This document shows positions 27,987 through 37,152 of a stretch of DNA of 64,000 nt, piece by piece (positions within the stretch are counted from its first letter, which is position 1; each line of letters begins with the position of its first letter). This DNA is from Candidatus Kapaibacterium sp. (GTDB lineage Bacteria; Bacteroidota; Ignavibacteria; Kapaibacteriales; UBA2268), in NCBI GenBank assembly GCA_963665665.1, contig OY762428.1:320001-384000 (forward strand). Direction: 5' to 3'. The notes below the pieces were generated by a model. It was not told the DNA's origin. It saw nothing but the letters and a program-made list of their open reading frames with translations, and did no database searches. The position numbers and the translations under genes are program-made.

Positions 27987-28631
27987 TCAATAAATCGCAT
28001 CTTCAAGGAAATCAACTTTTCCACTGTCCATATCATACATCGCTCCTACAACTGCCAGCTTTTTTTCTTTAACGAATTTTGCTAAAAGCTCGCTTCTTTC
28101 AACAGATCTTTTCATTTGAAAAAGGGTATTTTCCTTTACAACTGTATTAACATCAACTTCTTTGCCGCCATTTTTCTTAATTGCTATTTTCATAGCCGGC
28201 TTAATGGAATCAATTATCCTGTTCAGGAAATGAGATCCTGTAGCTCCGGCAAGAGTATCAGTTACAGCTCCGCAGCTTGTATGGCCGAGCACTACAAACA
28301 GGGGAGCGCCAAGGTGCTCTGCTGCGTATTCAATACTTCCGATAGCAGTTGTTCCTATTACATTTCCGGCTTTTCTGATGATGAAGCATTCGCCTATCTC
28401 TTCGTCAAAAATATAATGCGGAACAACTCTCGAATCCGAACATGTGAGTACAATAATATCCGGATTCTGGCCTTTTAGCAAAGCTTTTCTTTGAAGCTGA
28501 AAGTCCTGGTTAATTCTTGTGTTGGCAACAAATCTGGCATTTCCTTCTTTCAGGTGGGCAATTAGTTCGCCCTGTCTGCCGCCAAGATCTTTAATGTTTT
28601 TGAATTCCATAATTATTCCTATTTTTATCAA
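27987..28631 (-). CDS. Beta-class carbonic anhydrase
   Basis: EGNARF, CSDSRV, GSIEYA, GHTSCGAV. Confidence 0.93.
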   Translation of the reverse strand: MIKIGIIMEFKNIKDLGGRQGELIAHLKEGNARFVANTRINQDFQLQRKALLKGQNPDIIVLTCSDSRVVPHYIFDEEIGECFIIRKAGNVIGTTAIGSIEYAAEHLGAPLFVVLGHTSCGAVTDTLAGATGSHFLNRIIDSIKPAMKIAIKKNGGKEVDVNTVVKENTLFQMKRSVERSELLAKFVKEKKLAVVGAMYDMDSGKVDFLEDAIY

Positions 28632-28646
28632 CGTAAAAAATTAATA

Positions 28647-29960
28647 TTATCTTCCTAAAGTGCCGGAAAGGTTATTCCAGGCAATTCCAATCAGCGAGTA
28701 GTATCCGCCGAAGTCAATTTCTTTGTAATACACAAATCCCAGCCATGTATGGCGTGTCGTAACAGTGTTTCCTTCATATTCATCGGTCGATAATCTTTCT
28801 ACCCTGTTGTTTCTTTCGTTGTATCTTCCTGTAAAATACAAATAATTATGCCTTGCCCTTCTTACCCATTGCCGCAATATATAAAGCCTGCTTTCCTCAT
28901 CATAGAACATTCGCCAGTTTCTGTCAGGTTTCCAGTTGTTGAAAGATCCGCTAACGTAAACATCATCCCTTGAAACAAGTCCGTCAGGATCCAGAACAAA
29001 CTCAACGTAAACATATTCGTCATACGAATGAGTAATCATTCCCGAGTACATTGCGCCGTCGTCATCTGATTCAAGAAAGGATCCGGTACGCCTGAGGTCA
29101 GAGAAAGGTATTCTAACCGGATCCGAAATTCTCGGAAATTCAGCCAGATTAGCCATATCGAGGATTCTGTAACCGTTTTCAGCCGGAATCTGTCGTATAT
29201 TAAAACGCTTTTCCATTCCCGAAAAACCTCCTATATTTCTATCAAACCGGTAACGATAAAGTTTTTCATTAATGTCCGCGTCATATTCCGAAGAAACAAC
29301 ATAGGGTTCGTTCCATCTGTTATTCCTGTAGAATGTAACTGTACTGAGCCGGTTGTCGATTATACCGTGGGTACTGGCTGTAATAAGTTCAAGGTTGAAT
29401 GCTGAAGATGTAACATTCATGTCAGGTTCGTACATATCCGAATAGATTGCCAGGCGCGATTCTATTTTCGGGCTGAAAACAAAAAATCTTCCTTCGGCAA
29501 GCGGTGTTTCACTGTCGTAATCCTCATAGATCAATACTTTCCAATTTCCCGGATATTTAAATTGCACAGTTGAATTAGGGACTTGCAGATGTCCCCGGTA
29601 AGTATAATTCCTGGCAGAAACCGGCGCTGAAACCCAGTCAATATTTGAAGTACTGGAAAATGCCTGATTGTTTATAAAAGCATTTTCGGTTTTATTCCAA
29701 TTAATGTCGCAGTGTATGAATTTTGCGTATAATCCGGGTAAAGATCGTGAATCGACATCAATTTCAATAGTGATGTATTCGCTTCCGATATCAGTTTCAA
29801 TATTGCTGTCATTACTTAATAAAACAACCGGAGGCAAGAGTTCGTTATCACCGCCATATATTCTAAGAAACTTCACGGAAGGAGATACTTCCGGTATTTC
29901 CTGCCCAAATCCCTGAATGAATTGAAAAAATAATATTATGATAGCAAGAACGAATTTCAA
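28647..29960 (-). CDS. DUF5103 protein (T9SS plug-like)
   Basis: Signal peptide; HCD.NW, YTY, DVYV.GSFNNW, EGN motifs typical of DUF5103. Confidence 0.7.
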   Translation of the reverse strand: MKFVLAIIILFFQFIQGFGQEIPEVSPSVKFLRIYGGDNELLPPVVLLSNDSNIETDIGSEYITIEIDVDSRSLPGLYAKFIHCDINWNKTENAFINNQAFSSTSNIDWVSAPVSARNYTYRGHLQVPNSTVQFKYPGNWKVLIYEDYDSETPLAEGRFFVFSPKIESRLAIYSDMYEPDMNVTSSAFNLELITASTHGIIDNRLSTVTFYRNNRWNEPYVVSSEYDADINEKLYRYRFDRNIGGFSGMEKRFNIRQIPAENGYRILDMANLAEFPRISDPVRIPFSDLRRTGSFLESDDDGAMYSGMITHSYDEYVYVEFVLDPDGLVSRDDVYVSGSFNNWKPDRNWRMFYDEESRLYILRQWVRRARHNYLYFTGRYNERNNRVERLSTDEYEGNTVTTRHTWLGFVYYKEIDFGGYYSLIGIAWNNLSGTLGR

Positions 29961-30003
29961 TTTTTATCTCCAATTATTGTCATAAATTGAAGATAAGAAT
30001 TTT

Positions 30004-30753
30004 TTACCGGATATTGAAGAGATAAATAAATCCCAACTGAACAGAAGCCGCCCTCGGATTAAAATCATCAGTTATCGGATCGGATTGTTCCGGTATTATT
30101 TCTGCCAGTGGGTCATTTTCTCTGTAATTATCGTAAATACCATTCAACATATACCCGGCTTTCAGAAAAATATGAAGGGCTCCGGTTTCATCCTCGAAGA
30201 GAGGATAGTGACCGCCAATTCTGAATTCAGCCAGCATATTAAGTGTTTCAGTGTCAATTTCACGGTCAAAATCAGCTGCCATAGGCAAACCGAAGTTAAA
30301 ACCGAAACTAAAATATCCAAAAATAAATTCCGGGGCGAAAGTCAGATACGAATAGGAGTGTTTGAATGCTTCGTCGTCAATATGGCGTATAATATTGTAA
30401 GAGTAAGTGCTGTACCCCAGGCTGAATGAAAGCTTAAGATCACTCTCGGCAGAAAGTGAAGACTGTACGGTCATTCCAAAATCAGGTAGTGAATTTATGG
30501 TAAAACCATTCCTGCGCCCCGATGGGGTATCAACTCCGTTCACACCGGCTTTCAGAGACAAATAAGGGCCTGTTTCGAGAAATATATCATTATCCGCCGA
30601 AAATAGATTTATCTGCAGGCAGAAAAATAAAATCAGTGTCAAAATTTTCAGATAGATATTTTTCATTGCAATTACCCAATAATTTTCAATTTGTTGATAT
30701 TCAGCCAATATTCGATTAAAAATTTCAATATTTCTTTTACCGAAAAAAATCAA
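30004..30753 (-). CDS. Outer-membrane beta-barrel protein
   Basis: Signal peptide from MKNIYLK; amphipathic strands; ends QLGFIYLFNIR. Confidence 0.65.
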   Translation of the reverse strand: MIFFGKRNIEIFNRILAEYQQIENYWVIAMKNIYLKILTLILFFCLQINLFSADNDIFLETGPYLSLKAGVNGVDTPSGRRNGFTINSLPDFGMTVQSSLSAESDLKLSFSLGYSTYSYNIIRHIDDEAFKHSYSYLTFAPEFIFGYFSFGFNFGLPMAADFDREIDTETLNMLAEFRIGGHYPLFEDETGALHIFLKAGYMLNGIYDNYRENDPLAEIIPEQSDPITDDFNPRAASVQLGFIYLFNIR

Positions 30754-30882
30754 TCCGGATGTAAAATATTTTATATCATATATTTATAAAAAATAAAAAA
30801 ATCATATAACTACCAAAATTAAAGGCTGTTATCAACCTTTTACTTCAGTAGAAAAGAGAATCAAAAACCGTGCTAAATATTA

Positions 30883-31659
30883 TTAATTATTTTGGGGTAA
30901 AGATAATTTTATCGTTTCAATTTGCCCCGACAAAGATCCGGCTTTTTCTGAAAATTCGCTGCCGGGAAACCTTTTCTGATAAATATCAATAAGTCCTTCC
31001 GCCTCATCTAATCTGCGTAATCTGATTAAGATATCAATCTTGCCATAGAATGCAGGCTCAAAATACTCTGTGTCAGGGTAGTCATCAATCACCGAATCAA
31101 AATAAATCAAAGATGAATGATAAGAATAAAGCTTTGTATATAAAATTGCAGTGGAATATTCCCTGTGAGCAAGTTTATTTCTTAGTTCAGAAATATATTT
31201 GTCCGCTCCGTTTGCAAGTGAGTCGCTCGGGTAAAGCCTTTGGAACAGGTTGAAAGCATCAATAGCTTTATGTGTATATTCCTGGTCACGTTCGTATGAA
31301 GGGGATAATTCGTAAAAACTGATAGCTGCTTTGTACAAACTGGGTTTTACGTATTCACTGCTCGGATAAATAGACCGCAACCTGCTGTAATTAAATGCTG
31401 CAAGAATAAATTGCTCCATTTTGAAATTAATCTCTGCTAAGTAATATTGAGCGTCATCTGCATACTGACTGGCCGGATATTGCAATTTGATAACATCAAA
31501 AAGTTTTCTGGCTTCCAGGAATTCTTCCTCGTTAAAAAGGTCTACGGCTTTCAGGTAAACTTCCTGGGCAGTTTTTGGTACCTGTGTTCCTGATGACCCG
31601 CAAGATTGAAAAAAACATGTGCTCACAAATAATAAAGCCAGAAATAGCTTGAATCTCAT
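30883..31659 (-). CDS. bamD: Outer membrane protein assembly factor BamD
   Basis: Lipobox FQSC; TPRs with YP.S, RDQ.YT..AI..F, LRNKLA. Confidence 0.9.
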   Translation of the reverse strand: MRFKLFLALLFVSTCFFQSCGSSGTQVPKTAQEVYLKAVDLFNEEEFLEARKLFDVIKLQYPASQYADDAQYYLAEINFKMEQFILAAFNYSRLRSIYPSSEYVKPSLYKAAISFYELSPSYERDQEYTHKAIDAFNLFQRLYPSDSLANGADKYISELRNKLAHREYSTAILYTKLYSYHSSLIYFDSVIDDYPDTEYFEPAFYGKIDILIRLRRLDEAEGLIDIYQKRFPGSEFSEKAGSLSGQIETIKLSLPQNN

Positions 31660-31862
31660 ATCAAATCCCGATTATTCATTTTCAATGTGTCAATATCATA
31701 AAATCCGGATATTCCGGAAAATATATCTACAAATTTACATTTTAATTAAATAAGTTTAAAAAAAATGTACTCCATATAGACAAATAGATGAGGAAAAAAT
31801 TTGATTTAGATGAAAATTACTCTTATTTTCAATAAAAATTTTAAACTTTTAAAGATAATACA

Positions 31863-32600
31863 ATGAGCAGCGAACAATTTTTAGTATTTGATATTGAAAC
31901 AATCCCGCAGGATTACGATTCTTTTTCGGAATCCCAGCAGGAATATATATTGCGCCGCGCCGAAACCGAAGAGGAAAAAGAAAAAAAACTCGGTGAAATG
32001 GCTTTAGCGCCTTTAACGGCAAGGGTTATCTGTATCGGACTTCAACTAATGGAAAGTGAAGGCAATGATGAATGGAAAATGCTGAACGCAAAAGCATTTT
32101 CTGTTGATGACAGCCTGAGCGGTGATGAAACAAAAACGGAAACCCTGGAATCAGGCAAGGAATGTATTCTTTCCACAGAAGAAAAAATGCTTGACTTCTT
32201 CTGGAAAATTCTAATCCGTTACCCGCAGGCAAAGCTGATATCTTTTAACGGCAGAAATTTCGACGCCCCATTCCTTATGCTGCGTTCTGCCCTGCTGAAG
32301 ATCAGGCCGAGCAGGAACCTGATGCAGGGAACAAAGTTTAATTATCAAAATCATATCGACCTGATTGACGAGCTGACTTTCTTTTCTCCCTCGTCTTATG
32401 GAGCTACAAGGCGCTTCAATTTTGATTTCTACACCAGGGCTTTCGGGATAACTTCTCCTAAGTCCGAAGGAATTGACGGATCGAAAGTTGCCGACTTTTT
32501 TGCCGAGGGCCGTATTGATGAAATTTCCGAATACTGCCTGCGGGACGTGAAAGCAACATGGGAGCTTTACCTTGAATGGAGGAAATTCCTTAGGTTTTGA
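31863..32600 (+). CDS. Stand-alone PolB-type 3'-5' exonuclease (RNase H-like)
   Basis: ExoI FDIETIP, ExoII FNGRNFDAPF, ExoIII YCLRDV. Confidence 0.87.
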   Translation: MSSEQFLVFDIETIPQDYDSFSESQQEYILRRAETEEEKEKKLGEMALAPLTARVICIGLQLMESEGNDEWKMLNAKAFSVDDSLSGDETKTETLESGKECILSTEEKMLDFFWKILIRYPQAKLISFNGRNFDAPFLMLRSALLKIRPSRNLMQGTKFNYQNHIDLIDELTFFSPSSYGATRRFNFDFYTRAFGITSPKSEGIDGSKVADFFAEGRIDEISEYCLRDVKATWELYLEWRKFLRF

Positions 32601-32662
32601 CAGGAATGTTAATGAAATGTGAAGATGTTGTATTATAGATAATAATCAAATACTTACTTATT

Positions 32663-33415
32663 ATGAAAAATACAAGGTTATGGAGTAGAGAAGAACTATT
32701 ATTAGCAATAAACCTTTATTGTAAAACTCCATTTGGTAAATTGCATAAAGGAAATCCTGATATTATTGAGTTATCCAAAATTATTGGGAGAACTCCGTCC
32801 GCTCTATCATGGAAATTGGTAAACTTTGCAAGTTTAGACCCAAGTTTGAAAGCCAGAGGAATCAAAGGAGCGAAGAATTCTAGTAAATTGGACAAAGCGA
32901 TTTGGGAAGAATTTTATAATAATTGGGAGCAATTGGCTTATGAAAGTGAATTGCTCTTGCTTTATAAATTCAAAAAATATTTATTTAGTAAAGATGATGA
33001 CGTTAAACTAGGAAAGGAAAAAGAAAGAATTGTTAAAACAAGAATAAATCAATCATTTTTTCGTTCTACTTTATTAGCTTCATATAATTGTAAATGTTGT
33101 ATTACAGGCTTGAATAATCCGGATTTCTTGATTGCTAGTCATATTATTCCTTGGTCTGTTGACAAAAAAAATAGCTTGAATCCAAGAAATGGTCTTCTTA
33201 TCAATGCACTTCACGATAAAGCTTTTGAGTTTGGATATATAACCATATCAACTGATTATAAAGTTATTGTGTGTAACGACATCCTTAATTCTGAAAATTC
33301 TACTGATGAAAAGTATTTCAAAAAAATTCACAATAAAGATTTAATATTGCCTTCGAGATTTTTACCGGATATAGAGTTTTTAAAGTATCATAACAATGAA
33401 AAGTTTTTAAAATGA
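32663..33415 (+). CDS. HNH endonuclease (putative restriction endonuclease, HNH_2 type)
   Basis: R.NQSFFR, CCITG, LIASHIIPW, NGLL.NALHDKAF; markedly AT-richer than neighbours. Confidence 0.88.
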   Translation: MKNTRLWSREELLLAINLYCKTPFGKLHKGNPDIIELSKIIGRTPSALSWKLVNFASLDPSLKARGIKGAKNSSKLDKAIWEEFYNNWEQLAYESELLLLYKFKKYLFSKDDDVKLGKEKERIVKTRINQSFFRSTLLASYNCKCCITGLNNPDFLIASHIIPWSVDKKNSLNPRNGLLINALHDKAFEFGYITISTDYKVIVCNDILNSENSTDEKYFKKIHNKDLILPSRFLPDIEFLKYHNNEKFLK

Positions 33416-33492
33416 TATAGCTGTAGATTTTGATTAATTGCCAGTATTGAATACTTACTTCAGGTAATTCCTTAGGTTTTGACGGGAAAAAA

Positions 33493-35382
33493 CTACCCCT
33501 TCAGCATCTCTGCTTTTTCATCCAATTCCAACCAGCGGAGAGTTTTTTCATCCAGTTCGTCGCTGATTTCGTCTAACTGGTTGCTGAGTTGTTCCATTTG
33601 CTGGTATTTTTCCGGGGGACAGTTTGCCAGTTCTTTTTCAATTCCTGCTTTTCTTTCTTCAAGTGCGGGTAATTCTTTTTCAAGCATTTCCAGTTCGCGC
33701 TTTTCCTTATAAGTCAATTTTTTACTGACTGAATTTTTTTCTCTTTGTTTCTTCTCAGGTTTAAATTCAGCTTTCAATCTGGCTGCTTCCCTTTTCTCAA
33801 TCTCCTTTTTTTCAAGATAGGCCGAATAATTTCCGGGGTATTCCTTTATGTTGCCGTTACCGTCGAATGCGAAAATGAATTCCACTGTACGGTCCAGAAA
33901 AGACCTGTCATGGGATACAATGATCAAAGTACCGTAAAAGTCATCAAGATAGTTTTCAAGTGCATTGAGGGTTTGAATATCAAAGTCATTAGTCGGTTCG
34001 TCCAAAAGAAGTACGTTGGGGTTGGCCATCAGAACCCTGAGCAATGCAAGCCTTCGTTTCTCGCCTCCTGATAATGTTTCAATCAGCGCCGACTGCTGTT
34101 TTGCGGGGAATAAAAACTTTTCCAGAAGGTCTTTTGTTGTCAGGTAACGGTCTCGTCCCACTCCAACGTCAATATAATCGGCTACCTGCCTGAGCGATCC
34201 AATAACGCTGTCCCTCGGGCGCAGGTCCCGGACTTCCTGCTCGAAGAAACCGAAATTAATGGAAGCTCCGAGTTTCACGGTTCCGTCATCGGCTTTATCC
34301 CGGCCACACAGAACGTTCAGCAATGTTGTTTTTCCACTTCCGTTGGGACCTATTATTCCTATTCTGTCCTTTGGCTTGGCAATGTATGTAAAATCATTAA
34401 AAAGCAGCTTGCCGCCGATTGATTTGGTGATAGAGTGGGCGTCGATTATCCTGCTGCCGAGAAAAGTTTTCCCCAATTCAATTTTTATCTTTTTCTCTTT
34501 TGTTCGTTTAGCTGATTTCCGCAATTCTTCAATCCAGTCAATTCTGCTTTTTTGCTTGGACCTTCTTGCTTTAGCGCCTTTTTGCAGCCAGGCAAGTTCG
34601 GTTCTAAGCCTTGTCAGCTTATGAGTAACTGTTGCTTCTTCAGCTTTTGTGAATGCTTCTTTCTGTTCAAGATAAGTCTGGTAATTGCCTGGGTAGTTGA
34701 ATATTCTCTGCTTGTCAATTTCAACAATTCTTGTTGTGATTGAATCAAGAAAATAACGATCGTGGGTTACAAACATAATTGACTGTGAGGAATTCATTAA
34801 ATAGTCCTGAAGCCATTGTACCGAATCAGCATCTAAGTGATTGGTCGGTTCGTCAAGAATCAGAAGTGTCGGCTTTGAAAGCAATGCCCTAGCCAGAGCT
34901 ACACGTTTTCGCAGCCCTCCGGAAAGCGTCGTAACATCCTGGTATAGGTCTTTTATTCCAAGCATAGTCAGAATTTTTTTTGCTTCCGGTTCGAGGTTCC
35001 ATCCGTCGCCGGTATCGATTTTATTCATAAGCCACTGAATTCTGTCCTGATCGGAACCCTTCAAAGAGCATAGCTCCCTGTATTCGTTCAGGTAGTCGAA
35101 CATTTCCTGGCGGGCCTTCATCACAGCATCAAGTACTACTTCATTACGGTCAAATTCAGGAAGCTGGTCAAGAAATTCAAGTGAAGCGCTATTGTTGAAA
35201 ATTACTTCACCCTCATCAGGCTCGACAAGCCCGGCGATAATTTTCATCAGAGTAGTTTTACCGGCGCCATTTTTACCGATAATACCAACTCTTTCCCCTT
35301 CCTCCATACCGAATGATACAGATGTAAATAATAGTCTGTCGTTATAAGTTTTTGCCAGTCCTGTACTTGAGAATATTGTCAT
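33493..35382 (-). CDS. uup: ABC-F family ATPase (Uup-like)
   Basis: Two ABC domains (GKNGAGKT, LSGG, LDEPTN), KARRSKQK linker, KLTYKE..E C-terminal coiled coil. Confidence 0.85.
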   Translation of the reverse strand: MTIFSSTGLAKTYNDRLLFTSVSFGMEEGERVGIIGKNGAGKTTLMKIIAGLVEPDEGEVIFNNSASLEFLDQLPEFDRNEVVLDAVMKARQEMFDYLNEYRELCSLKGSDQDRIQWLMNKIDTGDGWNLEPEAKKILTMLGIKDLYQDVTTLSGGLRKRVALARALLSKPTLLILDEPTNHLDADSVQWLQDYLMNSSQSIMFVTHDRYFLDSITTRIVEIDKQRIFNYPGNYQTYLEQKEAFTKAEEATVTHKLTRLRTELAWLQKGAKARRSKQKSRIDWIEELRKSAKRTKEKKIKIELGKTFLGSRIIDAHSITKSIGGKLLFNDFTYIAKPKDRIGIIGPNGSGKTTLLNVLCGRDKADDGTVKLGASINFGFFEQEVRDLRPRDSVIGSLRQVADYIDVGVGRDRYLTTKDLLEKFLFPAKQQSALIETLSGGEKRRLALLRVLMANPNVLLLDEPTNDFDIQTLNALENYLDDFYGTLIIVSHDRSFLDRTVEFIFAFDGNGNIKEYPGNYSAYLEKKEIEKREAARLKAEFKPEKKQREKNSVSKKLTYKEKRELEMLEKELPALEERKAGIEKELANCPPEKYQQMEQLSNQLDEISDELDEKTLRWLELDEKAEMLKG

Positions 35383-35476
35383 ATATTTATATTTTTAATT
35401 ATATTTATCATTATTATTTTTATCATAAATTCAGACTGCAAAATAATACAAAGAGTTTCAGGGAAAAAGGATTAAG

Positions 35477-36280
35477 ATGAAAAAAAATAATAATATCGCC
35501 CTTATCACCGATTTCGGTATTGATGATATTTATGTAGGAGTTATGAAAGGAGTGATTCTGACGATCAATCCCGAGGCGAGTTTTATCGATCTGACTCACT
35601 CCGTTATGCCACAGAATATCCGGCAGGCTTCTTTTCTGTTGAAATCATCATATAAGTATTTTCCTAAGGGAACAATTTTCCTATGTGTTGTTGATCCCGG
35701 TGTCGGTTCTGCCAGAAAAGGATTGATTATCGAAGCCGAAGGCTATTATTTTGTTGGCCCTGATAACGGAATTTTTTCATTTCTGTTCAATATAGCAAAT
35801 AATCAATTCATTTACGAACTGAAAAATAACAGATATATTTCGCAAAATATCTCGAACACATTTCATGGAAGAGATATTTTTGCACCAGCAGCTGCATATC
35901 TTTCCAATGGGACTGATGCAAATAAATTCGGGAATAAATTGGAAAAAAAGGGATTAGTTTCATCTGGCAGCCCAATATTTGAGGCTAATAATAACGCCTG
36001 TGAATTTGAAATTCAACACATCGACCGCTATGGAAATATAATTACCTCGATACCAGAAAGTTATTCATTCCTAAATACTGAATTTGTAGAAATATTTAAT
36101 CAATCAGGAAAGTTAATTAATAAATTCAGAATTGTCAATAATTACTCAGAAGCCAAATCAGGAGAAACAATTATCTATAAAGGTAGTTATGGCTTTTACG
36201 AACTTGCTGTTTCAATGGGAAGTTTATTGAAGGAATGGAATAATGATGTAGATTTTAAAAAGTTTTATATTGCAAAATAA
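35477..36280 (+). CDS. SAM hydroxide adenosyltransferase (DUF62; chlorinase/fluorinase family)
   Basis: ITDFG, YVGVMKG, VVDPGVGS.R, GPDNG, TFHGRDIFAP, IDRYGN. Confidence 0.92.
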   Translation: MKKNNNIALITDFGIDDIYVGVMKGVILTINPEASFIDLTHSVMPQNIRQASFLLKSSYKYFPKGTIFLCVVDPGVGSARKGLIIEAEGYYFVGPDNGIFSFLFNIANNQFIYELKNNRYISQNISNTFHGRDIFAPAAAYLSNGTDANKFGNKLEKKGLVSSGSPIFEANNNACEFEIQHIDRYGNIITSIPESYSFLNTEFVEIFNQSGKLINKFRIVNNYSEAKSGETIIYKGSYGFYELAVSMGSLLKEWNNDVDFKKFYIAK

Positions 36281-36469
36281 TAACATTATTTAAAATTATA
36301 ATTTAATATTTGATATATATGTAATATTTATTATCTTTGTTTCGATCACTTAGCAAGGCAAATCGATTAATCTGACGGGAATAACAATAAAAAAAAACTG
36401 ACAATTTTATTTTAGAATACAATGTTCTTTAAATAAATAAACTATTCCTACATCTTACAGGAGGTCGGT

Positions 36470-37144
36470 ATGAAAAGAATTATATTAACTATCCTAAGTT
36501 TATTTCTTTTCACAACAATTGCGATCATGGCACAGCCGAAGCTGAGTTTTGACTGTGGCAAGCGGATTGACCTGGGCGAATTATCAAAAGGAGCAACAAC
36601 TTCTACCGTTGTTACTCTTATAAACAGTGGCAATAAAACACTTGAAATTGATGATATTCGCTATGACAAAAAGTATATTACATTGAATTTCGAGAATATG
36701 ATTCTCGAACCCGGGGAATCAAGGCATATTGATATCAGTGTTAATACAGGCGATTTATCCGGAAAAATTCTTAAGAGCATTTCCTTTAGAACCAACGGCA
36801 CAAAAAAAGTAAGGCCGTTTTTCAACATTTATTTCATGGTTCCCGAACCATTGGAAATTGATCATACGCCGGTAATTCTTGTCGGTGAAGCAGACAATCC
36901 TGCAACAGGCAGTTTCAAAATGATTAACAACAGTAAATCGGATGTTCAGATTAAATCAGTGAAAACGACCGATGGCCTGTTTGTAAGAAATGAAACTCCG
37001 GCTTCATTAAGCTCCGGTACAAAATTTGAATTTGAATTGCTATTGCTTGAACAATCAGCAACGAATCAATTCATAACAATCGAAACGTCCCATCCGGATT
37101 ATCCGGAGATCAGGATTCCAGTTCATGCAAGGTTCAAGAAATAA
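36470..37144 (+). CDS. DUF1573 Ig-like secreted protein
   Basis: Signal peptide; DLG, NSGNKTLEI, LEPGES; SD AGGAGG. Confidence 0.75.
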   Translation: MKRIILTILSLFLFTTIAIMAQPKLSFDCGKRIDLGELSKGATTSTVVTLINSGNKTLEIDDIRYDKKYITLNFENMILEPGESRHIDISVNTGDLSGKILKSISFRTNGTKKVRPFFNIYFMVPEPLEIDHTPVILVGEADNPATGSFKMINNSKSDVQIKSVKTTDGLFVRNETPASLSSGTKFEFELLLLEQSATNQFITIETSHPDYPEIRIPVHARFKK

Positions 37145-37152
37145 TAAAGGAA

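Noticed and set aside
36340-36400. GGCAAA...GACG resembling a c-di-GMP-I riboswitch upstream of DUF1573 and the giant adhesin
   Set aside because: No P2 stem with GNRA loop, no GCAAA after GAC, no P3
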